Below are positions 1-9,776 of a stretch of 39,244 nucleotides of DNA, in pieces. The first letter of the stretch is position 1; every line of letters starts with the position of its first letter. The translations under genes and the position numbers were made by a program. The notes below the pieces were generated by a model. It did not search any database, had not been told where the DNA came from, and worked only from the letters and a program-made list of their open reading frames with translations. Origin of the DNA: an uncultured Rikenellaceae bacterium (GTDB taxonomy: Bacteria > Bacteroidota > Bacteroidia > Bacteroidales > VadinHA17); NCBI GenBank assembly GCA_964411285.1, contig CAYPKL010000187.1:1-39244 (forward strand). The letters run 5' to 3'.

Positions 1-2
1 CC

Positions 3-1733
3 TGCCCTGCAATGTTTACTAAAATTGATTCAATTGCAGGTTCTGCTTCTTCAAGGTTTACATGGTTACCCTGCCATGAAGCGGTAAGAAGCCAGCCTTA
101 TGATATCATCATCAAATCTGATGATTCCTATGATGGACTAAAATTATCGGATATCGATAATATGAAGATTAAAGTACTTGGACCCCCGCCAGTTTTGAAC
201 AGCGCCCTGCCTGAGGGTAAATTCGTTCGTCTCAGATGGAACAATTACGGAACCGGCTATATTTCAGGCTTCAGCATTTACAGACGGGAGGGAGCTTCAA
301 CCTTTAAGCCTGATTCATGTACTGCCGGGATTCCATCCTCAACGGGCTTTCTGAAAATAGGATACATTGAAGGCAGTTCTGCAACATCATTTGTTGACAC
401 CGACAACGGACAGGGATTGCAATATGGAAAAGAATACACATACAGAATTGTCGCAGTGTATCCTAACGGAACTGAAAGCAAGGCTTCAGATGAAATTACA
501 TCATCGCTCGTTTCAGGGATTCCGGTGATAACACATGTCAGTGTCAGGAGTACCTCAGTGGCAAACGGATCAATTTACATCAGCTGGGTAAAACCTGCCA
601 GACTTGATACTATTCCCGCCAATGGTCCTTATGAATACAGAATATACAGAGCTGAAGGAATTACGGGAACAAATTATCAGCAGGTGAGATCAATAATTAC
701 AGCAACACTTAATGAAACTGTTTTTATCGACACACTTATCAATACCCAGGTGAATGGCTATATTTATAAAATTGAGTTATACAATAATGCTCCCGGTAAC
801 AGATTCCTTATCGGAGAACCGGGTTATGCTTCATCAGTGTTCCTTTCCGCCAGCCCTGGTGACGACAAAGTGCGTTTTGTTATTAACCGTAATGTACCCT
901 GGATAAATTCAAGATATGATTTTTACAGGTTGAACGAAGGCACAATGAAATATGATTCAATTGGTTCAACAAACCAACTCACATACATCGATTACGGACT
1001 GACAAACGGAAAACAATATTGCTACCTGGTAAAATCTGTCGGTGGCTATGTTCCGGAGAACATGCCAAAGAATCTGGTAAATTTCTCAGAAACCATATGT
1101 TCCACTCCTTTGGACAACGAGGCTCCCTGTACGCCGGAAATAAGCGTAACAAGCCAGTGCGACAGTCTTTATAATACAATCAGGTGGACTGTTACAGGAG
1201 CAGATTGCCTTAATGATGTGGCCGGCTACATGATATGGTATAAAATGATGAATGAAGGAGAACTTTCTCTTATTCACACAATAAACGATAAGAATACATT
1301 CCTGTACAAACATTATCCGGGTGAAGTGATATCTGGATGCTATACCGTTACTACATTTGATAATGACGGAAATGATAGCGAAAAGCCGGCTACGGTTTGT
1401 ATAGATTCCTGTAATTTCTATGAAATACCTAATGTATTCACACCGAATGGCGACAATTTTAATGAAAAGCTGATAGCTAAAACGACAGGACTGGTTGAAA
1501 AAATCGACATTAAAATTTTTAACCGTTATGGAGTGCTTATCTTCCAGACCGACGAACCTAAAATTAACTGGGACGGTACATATAAAGGCAAAATTGTTTC
1601 ACCGGGAGTATATTTTTATCAATGTGATGTTTTTGAAAGAAGAATTTCAGGAATTGAACAATTCCACCTTTCAGGTTTTGTTCATGTAATAACCGAAAAA
1701 GGTGCAACGATTAATAAGGAAATTTTAAAATAA
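3..1733 (+). CDS. Secreted repeat-domain (Fn3/Ig-like) surface protein with T9SS type-B (gliding-motility-associated) C-terminal sorting domain; 5' end cut by window edge
   Basis: The frame is open back to the window start, and the first Met has no signal peptide, so the gene is probably 5'-truncated. The C-terminal ~90 aa ('YEIPNVFTPNGDNFNEKL...IKIFNRYGVLIF...WDGTYKGKIVSPGVYFYQ') match the PNxFTPNGDGxND-type CTD signature. Confidence 0.8.
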   Translation, partial: CPAMFTKIDSIAGSASSRFTWLPCHEAVRSQPYDIIIKSDDSYDGLKLSDIDNMKIKVLGPPPVLNSALPEGKFVRLRWNNYGTGYISGFSIYRREGASTFKPDSCTAGIPSSTGFLKIGYIEGSSATSFVDTDNGQGLQYGKEYTYRIVAVYPNGTESKASDEITSSLVSGIPVITHVSVRSTSVANGSIYISWVKPARLDTIPANGPYEYRIYRAEGITGTNYQQVRSIITATLNETVFIDTLINTQVNGYIYKIELYNNAPGNRFLIGEPGYASSVFLSASPGDDKVRFVINRNVPWINSRYDFYRLNEGTMKYDSIGSTNQLTYIDYGLTNGKQYCYLVKSVGGYVPENMPKNLVNFSETICSTPLDNEAPCTPEISVTSQCDSLYNTIRWTVTGADCLNDVAGYMIWYKMMNEGELSLIHTINDKNTFLYKHYPGEVISGCYTVTTFDNDGNDSEKPATVCIDSCNFYEIPNVFTPNGDNFNEKLIAKTTGLVEKIDIKIFNRYGVLIFQTDEPKINWDGTYKGKIVSPGVYFYQCDVFERRISGIEQFHLSGFVHVITEKGATINKEILK

Positions 1734-1752
1734 AATCCGGGGATTGACAGGA

Positions 1753-2955
1753 ATGAAAAAGATCTTAATATTGATCCTGATTGTTTTTTATGCAGGAACT
1801 CTTAATGGCCAGACACCTGTTGATATGTTGTTGAAGGCCAAAGCCATGGTTGATTCAGGAAAGCCAGGTGAGGCAGTAAATATTCTGACAAATGTACTGG
1901 GGCAATCTCAGGAGAGCATGGTTTACCTTCAGAGGGCAGAGGCTTATATTGCTGACGGGGACTATTCAAAAGCAATAAATGATCTGAATTCAGCAAACAA
2001 TATCACCCCTTCGTCAGGGGAATATGGTCTTGCACGTGTTTATGGCCTTAAAGGCGATGCGGCAACATCAATATACCATCTTGAAATGTGTCTGAAATCT
2101 CCTTTTAAAATCAGAGAAAAGGATGTTATGCTCGATCCTTCGTTCAGTGTAATAGAGAATAAGCCAGAGTGGCGGCAATTCTGGAAAAAGGAATGGTATG
2201 ACGGAAAAGAGAAGGGTATTTCGGAAGTTGAATACTATATTTCTTCAGGGAATATTGAGGAAGCAGCAAATATTTCATCATCAATATCAAGAGAGTATCC
2301 GGGTAGTTCCGCTGCTGTCTATGCTGAAGCTCTTGTAAATCTTGCCGGATCGAAATTTACAGAGGCCGGTAAAGCAGTAACTTCTTTGCTTGAAGAAGAA
2401 CCTTTAAACGAAAAATACCTGAGACTTTTAAGCAAGACACAGGAGGCTTCGGGAAATTTTACCGGAGCTTCGAATACATATACAAAGCTTATCGGGAATA
2501 GCGTTGTTGATGCCGGCCTGCTGATTCTGAGATCCGAATGTTACAGGAAGACAGGTGAAATTGACAAAGCCATTGCGGATATTGAAAAGTACCTGCAATT
2601 TTATCCTGAAAGCCAGAAAGCTATAAGTATAGCCGGAAAACTTGAATCAGCTGGTGGCGATAATTTAAAGGCAATGGAGTATTTTTCCCGTAATTTAAAA
2701 TTGCACCCTTCTGATGCCCAATGCTATATCGACAGGGCAAATTCGTATTTCATCTCCAGATCGTGGGATTGGGCTATTAAAGATTACAGTATGTCGCTTG
2801 ACCTTCAGCCTGCTAATCCGGAAGCATGGCTAAATAAAGGTATAGCTCTGTTAAATTCAGGTAAGGTGAATGATGCATGTTTCGACTTCAGAAGATCGTT
2901 CAGCTATGGTAATAAAAAAGCTACAGATTACATTAGCAGGAACTGCATAAAATAA
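1753..2955 (+). CDS. TPR-repeat protein with N-terminal signal peptide
   Basis: Signal peptide MKKILILILIVFYAGTLNGQ at the ATG at 1753 (the track starts at a TTG at 1744). Multiple 34-aa TPR-like units are visible (e.g. 'AEAYIADGDYSKAINDLNSA', 'ANSYFISRSWDWAIKDYSMSLDLQPANPEAW'). Confidence 0.75.
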   Translation: MKKILILILIVFYAGTLNGQTPVDMLLKAKAMVDSGKPGEAVNILTNVLGQSQESMVYLQRAEAYIADGDYSKAINDLNSANNITPSSGEYGLARVYGLKGDAATSIYHLEMCLKSPFKIREKDVMLDPSFSVIENKPEWRQFWKKEWYDGKEKGISEVEYYISSGNIEEAANISSSISREYPGSSAAVYAEALVNLAGSKFTEAGKAVTSLLEEEPLNEKYLRLLSKTQEASGNFTGASNTYTKLIGNSVVDAGLLILRSECYRKTGEIDKAIADIEKYLQFYPESQKAISIAGKLESAGGDNLKAMEYFSRNLKLHPSDAQCYIDRANSYFISRSWDWAIKDYSMSLDLQPANPEAWLNKGIALLNSGKVNDACFDFRRSFSYGNKKATDYISRNCIK

Positions 2956-2960
2956 TCCTT

Positions 2961-5441
2961 TCACGGTTGAGTTACCCTTATATGTTTATATATTTTTTCG
3001 AAAAGATCCCTTGGCTTAAATGGCTTTAAAACGTAGTCATTAATAGCTAAACCTTCAATTTTATCATGACTTTCTGACATTATTGCTGCTGTTAGCGCAA
3101 TTACCGGGATGGAATTAATTCTGGGATCAGACGATTCTCTGATGATCCTGGTTGCTTCTATACCATCCATAACCGGCATATGCAGATCCATTATAATAAG
3201 ATCGAAATCTTCCTTTTCAAGAATATCCAAAGCTATCTTTCCATTCTCGGCAGCCGTTACATTAATTCCCCAGCTTGTCAGAAATTTATTTGCAACAAAG
3301 AAGTTGATCTTGTTATCCTCTGCCATCAGTATCCTTTTACCTTCCAATCCTGTATAGGACTCTGATTTTTCTGCAGTAATATTCAATTTGGAAATTTCAG
3401 GAACACCAAAATTCAGACAGAATTTGAAAGTTGATCCAACCCCTGGCTCGCTTTCAAGTTCAATTTTCCCTCCCTGGAGCTCAACAAGTCTCTTGCATAT
3501 GGCTAATCCGAGGCCTGTGCCACCGTAATGCCGCGTAGTATCAGGTGATGCCTGTGTGAAACTATCAAAAATTATACTGTGTTTATCCTTCGGAATTCCT
3601 AATCCGGTATCTCTTACCTGAAACTCAATCCTTACATCATTATTAGTTCTTTCGATTGCCCTTAAAACAACATGAATGCTGCCCTTCTGGGTAAATTTAA
3701 GCGCATTTGAAAGCAGATTCGACAGAATCTGGTTTAACCTGATGGAGTCCCCGATTACTTCTGAAGGAAGGCTGTTCTCATTTACTATGTCAAATTCAAG
3801 ATCTTTTGCCTTTGACCTGAATGAGTAGGTCCTCATGATATCTTTCAGAAAATCTCCGAGATTAAACTGAGCCTGTTCGAAGACAATCTTTCCGGACTCC
3901 ATTTTATTGAAATCAAGGACATCATTTACAAGTGTAAGAAGATGGTTCCCTGAAAACCTAAGGGTTTTAATGAAATCCATCTGATCCTCACGCGGATTGC
4001 CCTGCAATAACAGGTTGGAAATTCCTATCACTTCATTGAGCGGAGTTCTGATTTCATGACTCATCGTCGACATAAATTGCTGCTTTGATCTTGCTGCTTC
4101 TTCCGCCTTAAGACTGGCATGGATCAGATTGTCGAGCATTGTTCTCCTCTGTATAGCTATTGCTATCTGATTTGCAATAAATTCCAGAACATTGACATCC
4201 TCCTGTGAGAACTTGTCCTCGTCGTGATAATCCTGAAGCGCCATAACTCCAATAATCTCTTTGTCGGCTTTCAGAGGAACTCCCATCCATATCTTACAAG
4301 GAGCTCCCACGAGAGCAATATCTCCTGAATTCTCCAGCGATTTCAGGTCGGTCTCCTTAAGTAAAACAGACCTTTTCAAACCTATAACCCAGCTTGTTAT
4401 GGTTTTCCGGGCAGGTAATTCTTCGAAGTTATCTTGTTCATCAGCAAAAAATGGCATCGACAGGGTATCATTCTTTTTATCATAAAGGGCAATGAAGAAA
4501 TTAATTGTATCCCATATCTTGCTTAACTCATGAACTATTGTCGGATAAATATCTTTGATATCCAGTTGGTTAAGAGCAGCCGTTGAAATATTATACAATA
4601 TTTCCTGTATCAGCTGATTCTTCTTTTCAAGGGAAATATCCCTGTAAATAACAAGGTATGCAGCAGTCTCTCCGTCAATAATTATATTTGAGGCTATCAG
4701 GGAAACATTTATCTTATTTCCTTTTTTATCCTGTCTGATTGTCTGCTTGGAAATCTTGGTGTTATCGGATGTGAGACTCTCTATGCAAAGAGCATCTTTC
4801 TTCAGTTCTTCCGGAACAATAAGGTCGTCAAGAATATTTCCGGCTGCTTCTTCAGCCGAGTATCCGAAGAGGCTGCTGAATTCTTTGTTTATACTCGTAA
4901 TTCTTCCACTACGACTGATAATTGCAATTGCTTCAGGGATTGACTCAATAAGATTCTCCAGGAAGACTTTTTCCCTGTTTATCTGCTGTTCATAATTTTT
5001 CTGGTAGCTTATATCAGTAAGCACTCCCCTGTAGCCAACCAGTTTATCCTTATTAAACAGGGCAAATGAGTGAGTCAGAACCGGAACCAGCGATCCATCC
5101 TTTCTTTTGGCATAGTATTCGTTGCTTGATATTTGCCCGGGTGATTCGAGCCCTTTCAGGTTCACAATCATTTTCCTGTAACTGTCAGGGAAAATTTCCG
5201 AGATGTAGGTACCTTTTGTAAGATCTTCCTTCGTATATCCAAAAAATTTAAGACTTTGAGTATTAGCATATAATATCCTGCCTGTCAGATCTACATCATA
5301 AACCATTTCCGGCAACATGTCAGCAAACTGCTCAAATATGATATATTCCCTGTCAGGGCTCAGTCTGATAGATTCCAGTTCCTCAGTCAGCTTCCTGTTT
5401 GCCACTAGAAGCTCTTCATATTCCTGTTTGTAATCAATCAT
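2961..5441 (-). CDS. Hybrid sensor histidine kinase (coiled-coil, 2x PAS, GAF, HisKA, HATPase_c, receiver)
   Basis: H-box 'MSHEIRTPLNEV', G-boxes 'DTGLGIP' and 'GGTGLGLAICK', and a C-terminal receiver 'RILMAEDNKIN...DLIIMDLHMPVMDG...KP'. The N-terminal PAS-like and GAF-like segments are recognised by length and pattern only. Confidence 0.85.
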   Translation of the reverse strand: MIDYKQEYEELLVANRKLTEELESIRLSPDREYIIFEQFADMLPEMVYDVDLTGRILYANTQSLKFFGYTKEDLTKGTYISEIFPDSYRKMIVNLKGLESPGQISSNEYYAKRKDGSLVPVLTHSFALFNKDKLVGYRGVLTDISYQKNYEQQINREKVFLENLIESIPEAIAIISRSGRITSINKEFSSLFGYSAEEAAGNILDDLIVPEELKKDALCIESLTSDNTKISKQTIRQDKKGNKINVSLIASNIIIDGETAAYLVIYRDISLEKKNQLIQEILYNISTAALNQLDIKDIYPTIVHELSKIWDTINFFIALYDKKNDTLSMPFFADEQDNFEELPARKTITSWVIGLKRSVLLKETDLKSLENSGDIALVGAPCKIWMGVPLKADKEIIGVMALQDYHDEDKFSQEDVNVLEFIANQIAIAIQRRTMLDNLIHASLKAEEAARSKQQFMSTMSHEIRTPLNEVIGISNLLLQGNPREDQMDFIKTLRFSGNHLLTLVNDVLDFNKMESGKIVFEQAQFNLGDFLKDIMRTYSFRSKAKDLEFDIVNENSLPSEVIGDSIRLNQILSNLLSNALKFTQKGSIHVVLRAIERTNNDVRIEFQVRDTGLGIPKDKHSIIFDSFTQASPDTTRHYGGTGLGLAICKRLVELQGGKIELESEPGVGSTFKFCLNFGVPEISKLNITAEKSESYTGLEGKRILMAEDNKINFFVANKFLTSWGINVTAAENGKIALDILEKEDFDLIIMDLHMPVMDGIEATRIIRESSDPRINSIPVIALTAAIMSESHDKIEGLAINDYVLKPFKPRDLFEKIYKHIRVTQP

Positions 5442-5525
5442 TTAAGGCAATGTATCAAATCTAAATTAAGGCATTAATGCTTTTTTAAGATCTAATATAC
5501 AAACTCGGTTTTTAGTAAAAAAGTA

Positions 5526-6185
5526 TCAGATTCTGAACGATTTCCTGATGTTTTTTCCGGAGTAATATTTGCAGAAATCCTTTAACCCGCATTCATTACA
5601 TAAAGGATTTCTTGCCTTGCAGACATATCTTCCATGCAAAATGAGCCAATGGTGTGCTTTATGCATAAGTTCCACAGGTAAATTTTCTGATAATTGTTTT
5701 TCAACGCTTAATGGTGTTGTTGCATTTCTCACAAGCCCAACCCTTTTTGATACCCTGAATACATGAGTATCAACAGCCATGACAGGTTTCCTGAATACTA
5801 CCGAAGCAACAACATTGGCTGTTTTTCTTCCCACACCTGGCAGTCTCTGCAACAATACCGGTTCTGATGGAACAATTCCATTGAATTCACTCATCAGCAT
5901 TTTAGCCATGCCTGACAAATGTTTTGCTTTATTGTTGGGATAGGAACACGATTTTATAAACTCATAGATTTCCGGAATTTCTGCACGTGATAATGATCTG
6001 GCATCGGGGTACTTTTCAAGCAGTCGCGGAGTTATCATGTTAACCCTTTTATCGGTGCACTGAGCTGAAAGTATCACTGCAACAATAAGACCAAACGGGT
6101 CAGGGTAGGTAAGTTCTGTCTCCGCCACCGGTTTATTGATCATGAAGTATTCAATTGTTCTCCTGTATCTCTCTTTTAAAACCAT
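5526..6185 (-). CDS. nth: Endonuclease III (DNA-(apurinic/apyrimidinic site) lyase)
   Basis: Helix-hairpin-helix 'LPGVGRKTANVV', catalytic-region 'AVDTHVFRV', and C-terminal 4Fe-4S motif C-x6-C-x2-C-x5-C ('CKARNPLCNECGLKDFC'). Confidence 0.92.
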   Translation of the reverse strand: MVLKERYRRTIEYFMINKPVAETELTYPDPFGLIVAVILSAQCTDKRVNMITPRLLEKYPDARSLSRAEIPEIYEFIKSCSYPNNKAKHLSGMAKMLMSEFNGIVPSEPVLLQRLPGVGRKTANVVASVVFRKPVMAVDTHVFRVSKRVGLVRNATTPLSVEKQLSENLPVELMHKAHHWLILHGRYVCKARNPLCNECGLKDFCKYYSGKNIRKSFRI

Positions 6186-6338
6186 AACATACGGGGATTA
6201 GGATAATGTGAAGTTAACGCTTTTAAAATTGTTGCCTTAAACGGACAAGTGGTATTTTGAATTTTATCTTTTATTTCACTTGTAAAAGTTAACATTAAGT
6301 TCAGGAATTAATAACTTTATCAGCTAATAGTATTGTAA

Positions 6339-7376
6339 TTGGAGAAAATAGTAATAAATACCCCGGGCTCGGTCTCAGAAATATTTATTGGGAAAAACTG
6401 GGAATCTGTTACCACCTTACTTCCTCAAAGCGGAGTAGTAATTATTACGGATCAGACTGTTATGAGACTTTACGGAGAAAAGTTTCCTGATTTTCCTGTA
6501 TTAATCATTGAAGCCGGTGAAGGAAGTAAGAAGATAGAAGTCATTGAGAATATGGCAGTCAGACTTATTGAAGAGGGAATTGACAGATCTGGCTTTTTAT
6601 TGGGAATAGGAGGGGGCGTAGTCTGTGATATTACAGGATTTCTGGCTTCAATTTTCATGAGAGGCATCAGGTGCGGGTATGTTTCATCAACTCTTCTTTC
6701 ACAGGTCGATGCAAGCACGGGTGGCAAGAACGGCATCAATCTCGGAAACTCAAAAAACATACTTGGCTGCTTCAAACAACCTGAGTTCGTGATCTGTGAC
6801 ACAACCATGCTCAAGACACTTAGTGATGAAGATTATTTCTCAGGTCTGGCGGAACTTATTAAAACAGGTATTATCGGAAATGAAAAACTATTTGATGCGA
6901 TTGAACACAATCGGGCAGGAATAATTGATCGTGACCCTGAGCTCCTTTCAATTTTAATATCGATGGCCGTTAATTTTAAAGCCTCAGTTGTGTCGGAAGA
7001 TGAAACGGAATCAGGAATAAGAAGGATTCTTAATTTTGGACATACATTTGGACACGCTATCGAGCTCTATTGCTCATTCGGACACGGTTATGCCGTCGCT
7101 TCAGGAATGGAGCTTGCTGCCAGGTTTTCATTTAAAAAAGGTTATATAACAGTACCAGAATGTAATAGGATAATCGGCCTGATGAAATCGTTCAGCCTTT
7201 TGCGGAATTTTAATATCCCCGATAGTCAGATCAGCCGGCTTATTATGCATGACAAGAAAAAAGCGGGGACCAATATTTATTTTGTATTTACAAAGGGTAT
7301 AGGAAAAGCTGCAGTTGAGAAAATTCCGATAAGCGAAGTGGTGGACTTTTACCTGATTGATAAAAATGAGAAGTAA
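6339..7376 (+). CDS. aroB: 3-dehydroquinate synthase
   Basis: Motifs 'GIGGGVVCDITGF' (NAD-binding Gly-rich), 'DASTGGKNGIN' and 'NFGHTFGHAIE' (metal-binding His). TTG start at 6339. It is followed 11 nt later by aroC. Confidence 0.85.
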   Translation: MEKIVINTPGSVSEIFIGKNWESVTTLLPQSGVVIITDQTVMRLYGEKFPDFPVLIIEAGEGSKKIEVIENMAVRLIEEGIDRSGFLLGIGGGVVCDITGFLASIFMRGIRCGYVSSTLLSQVDASTGGKNGINLGNSKNILGCFKQPEFVICDTTMLKTLSDEDYFSGLAELIKTGIIGNEKLFDAIEHNRAGIIDRDPELLSILISMAVNFKASVVSEDETESGIRRILNFGHTFGHAIELYCSFGHGYAVASGMELAARFSFKKGYITVPECNRIIGLMKSFSLLRNFNIPDSQISRLIMHDKKKAGTNIYFVFTKGIGKAAVEKIPISEVVDFYLIDKNEK

Positions 7377-7387
7377 TACTGAAAAAA

Positions 7388-8383
7388 ATGAATTCATTCG
7401 GTTTCATATTCAGGGTTTCAATATTTGGCGAATCGCATGGTAACGCAATAGGGGTGCTGATAGATGGTTGTCCACCGGGAATTCCTGTCTCCCCTGAGGA
7501 TTTTACAGCTGATCTGTCAAGAAGACGAAGCGGACAGAAAGGCACCACTTTAAGGCACGAGGCTGACCAGCCTGAAATCCTTAGTGGCATTTTCAACGGA
7601 TTTACTACCGGATCGCCTATAGCAATTATGACTAAAAACAGCGACAGAATTTCCTCTGATTATGATGAATTTAAGAATGTACCCCGTCCGGGTCATGCCG
7701 ATTATGTTGCTGCCATAAAATATTCAGGATTTGCTGATTTGCGCGGAAGCGGTCATTTCTCAGGAAGAATAACCTGGGGCCTTGTTGCAGCTGGCGTTAT
7801 TGCAAAACTTATTGTAAAACCTGCCGAAATATCAGCAAAACTAATCTCAGCAGGCGGTGAAACTGATATCAATAAGGCAATTGAAAAGGCAATTTCCGGG
7901 AATGATTCAATAGGGGGTATCATTGAATGTGTCGTAAACAAACCTCAGAAATCGCTTGGTGAACCTTTCTTTTATTCTTTTGAATCAGCTTTGAGTCATC
8001 TTGTCTTTTCGATCCCGGCCATAAAAGGAATCGAATTTGGCTCAGGGTTCTCAGCAGCATCTATGAAAGGATCGGTACATAATGATCCGTTTATTGACAG
8101 TGCCGGTAAAACGGCAACAAATAATGCAGGTGGAATAAACGGTGGAATTTCAAACGGGAATGAAATTGTTTTCAGAGCGGCTGTTAAGCCAACTTCATCA
8201 ACAGGGGTGGAGCAGAAGACATTTGACTTCAGCAAAGACCGCTCGACGACTCTTAGTGTAAAGGGACGTCATGATACCTGTATTGCTTTACGGATGCCTG
8301 TAATAGTTGAGGCGGCAACTGCTATCACAATGGCCGACCTGTTGTTGATTGACAGAGGGATAAATGGTTCAGGAAGTAAATAA
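7388..8383 (+). CDS. aroC: Chorismate synthase
   Basis: N-terminal signature 'FRVSIFGESHGNAIGVLIDGCPPG', plus 'RPGHADY' and 'KGRHDTCIA'. Confidence 0.9.
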   Translation: MNSFGFIFRVSIFGESHGNAIGVLIDGCPPGIPVSPEDFTADLSRRRSGQKGTTLRHEADQPEILSGIFNGFTTGSPIAIMTKNSDRISSDYDEFKNVPRPGHADYVAAIKYSGFADLRGSGHFSGRITWGLVAAGVIAKLIVKPAEISAKLISAGGETDINKAIEKAISGNDSIGGIIECVVNKPQKSLGEPFFYSFESALSHLVFSIPAIKGIEFGSGFSAASMKGSVHNDPFIDSAGKTATNNAGGINGGISNGNEIVFRAAVKPTSSTGVEQKTFDFSKDRSTTLSVKGRHDTCIALRMPVIVEAATAITMADLLLIDRGINGSGSK

Positions 8384-8437
8384 TTTACTGAAATTACACT
8401 GTTATTGCCGCACTGGTGTTTTTCCTTTACATTTTTT

Positions 8438-9760
8438 TCAGTAAGCTTTAATTTTTAGAACTTCAGTTGTTGACGGAGTAATTTTAAATCTGTCATCAAT
8501 CCTTTCACCAACAATCCATACTATATCACCGGCAGATTCAAGTATCAGAGCCTCTTCCTTTTCAAAAAGAGAATACTTTTCATCAACAAAGTAATCACTC
8601 AGTTTCTTTTTGTCATGCATACCCAACGGAATAAAAAAGTCACCTTTTTTCCATCTCCTGATGATCAGAGGGAATGAAATTTTTTTAAAATCAATTAATG
8701 CACTCTTCTTATCACATTTAGTACTAAATCCTGGAGAGATCTTCATGATATCAGCTGATTCTATACCGGGAGCTGATCTGAGATTTTCAGTGTTAATTAT
8801 TTCACAATAGATATGATCCGTAACATTAATTACAGAAACATAAAGTTCTCCCCTGTTTTTAATCAGCCTGTGGGTAGAGGTTATAATTTTTCCTCCGGTT
8901 CGGCCTTCTATAACCTTTAAAAGATCCTTTACCGATGAACTTGTTATACCAAAAGGCTTGAAAAGCTCAAAGGCCAGAGCATTGTTCTCCAGGTAAGGCT
9001 GCAAACTATTAATTTTATACTTAAGTATTTTTCTATCAATATATGATGATTGTTCATTAATTTTCTGAAGGAGATCAGTTACAATTTTATTGGTTTCTGC
9101 CAGCCTTTCGGCTGTTTCATTAAGAGCCGATACAACTGCCGGATTGATCTGCTTCAAAACCGGCAAAACCACATGCCTGATTTTATTCCTTGTGTATTTG
9201 GTGTCAGCGTTTGATCGATCTTCCCTGAAAGAAATATTATTGAGGTCCCGGTATTCTTTGATCATATCACGGGTAGCAAAAATTAGTGGCCGGATAATGC
9301 TGTGGCTGACGGATCTCATTCCGGTGAGACCTGTTATTCCGGTTCCTCTTATCAGGTTTATCAAAAAGGTTTCAATATTGTCATTAAGGTTATGAGCCAC
9401 TGCTATAAAATCATAATTGTTTTCAGACCGGATGGTTTCAAACCATTGATATCTTAACTCCCTTGCTGCCATTTGCACTGAAATCCTGTTCTTTTTTGCA
9501 TATTCTTTTGTTTCGAATTTTACTGAGTAAAATGGAACATTATGGTCAGATGCTATTTTTTCTACCAGCCCTTCATCTTTATCTGATTCATCTCCCCTGA
9601 GGTTGAAATTGCAGTGTGCAATCCCTGATTCAAAACCGGCTGACAGGAAAAGATGAGCCATTACCATGGAGTCGATGCCGCCACTTACAGCAAGCAATAT
9701 CCTGTCTCCTTTCCGGCAGATCTTATTCTCCTCAATATATTTTAAAAAATCCCCAAACAT
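8438..9760 (-). CDS. tilS: tRNA(Ile)-lysidine synthetase
   Basis: PP-loop 'LLAVSGGIDSMVM' shortly after the internal Met 'MFGDFLKYIEENK'. I place the start at 9760, which removes the overlap with the upstream gene. Confidence 0.85.
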   Translation of the reverse strand: MFGDFLKYIEENKICRKGDRILLAVSGGIDSMVMAHLFLSAGFESGIAHCNFNLRGDESDKDEGLVEKIASDHNVPFYSVKFETKEYAKKNRISVQMAARELRYQWFETIRSENNYDFIAVAHNLNDNIETFLINLIRGTGITGLTGMRSVSHSIIRPLIFATRDMIKEYRDLNNISFREDRSNADTKYTRNKIRHVVLPVLKQINPAVVSALNETAERLAETNKIVTDLLQKINEQSSYIDRKILKYKINSLQPYLENNALAFELFKPFGITSSSVKDLLKVIEGRTGGKIITSTHRLIKNRGELYVSVINVTDHIYCEIINTENLRSAPGIESADIMKISPGFSTKCDKKSALIDFKKISFPLIIRRWKKGDFFIPLGMHDKKKLSDYFVDEKYSLFEKEEALILESAGDIVWIVGERIDDRFKITPSTTEVLKIKAY

Positions 9761-9776
9761 TATTTCAGTCAGATCC

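Noticed and set aside
5487-5505. Palindrome gcattaatgc followed by a T-run between the sensor kinase and nth.
   Set aside because: The stem is only 4-5 bp and AT-rich. The T-run is on the + strand, where no gene ends, so it is at best a very weak terminator.
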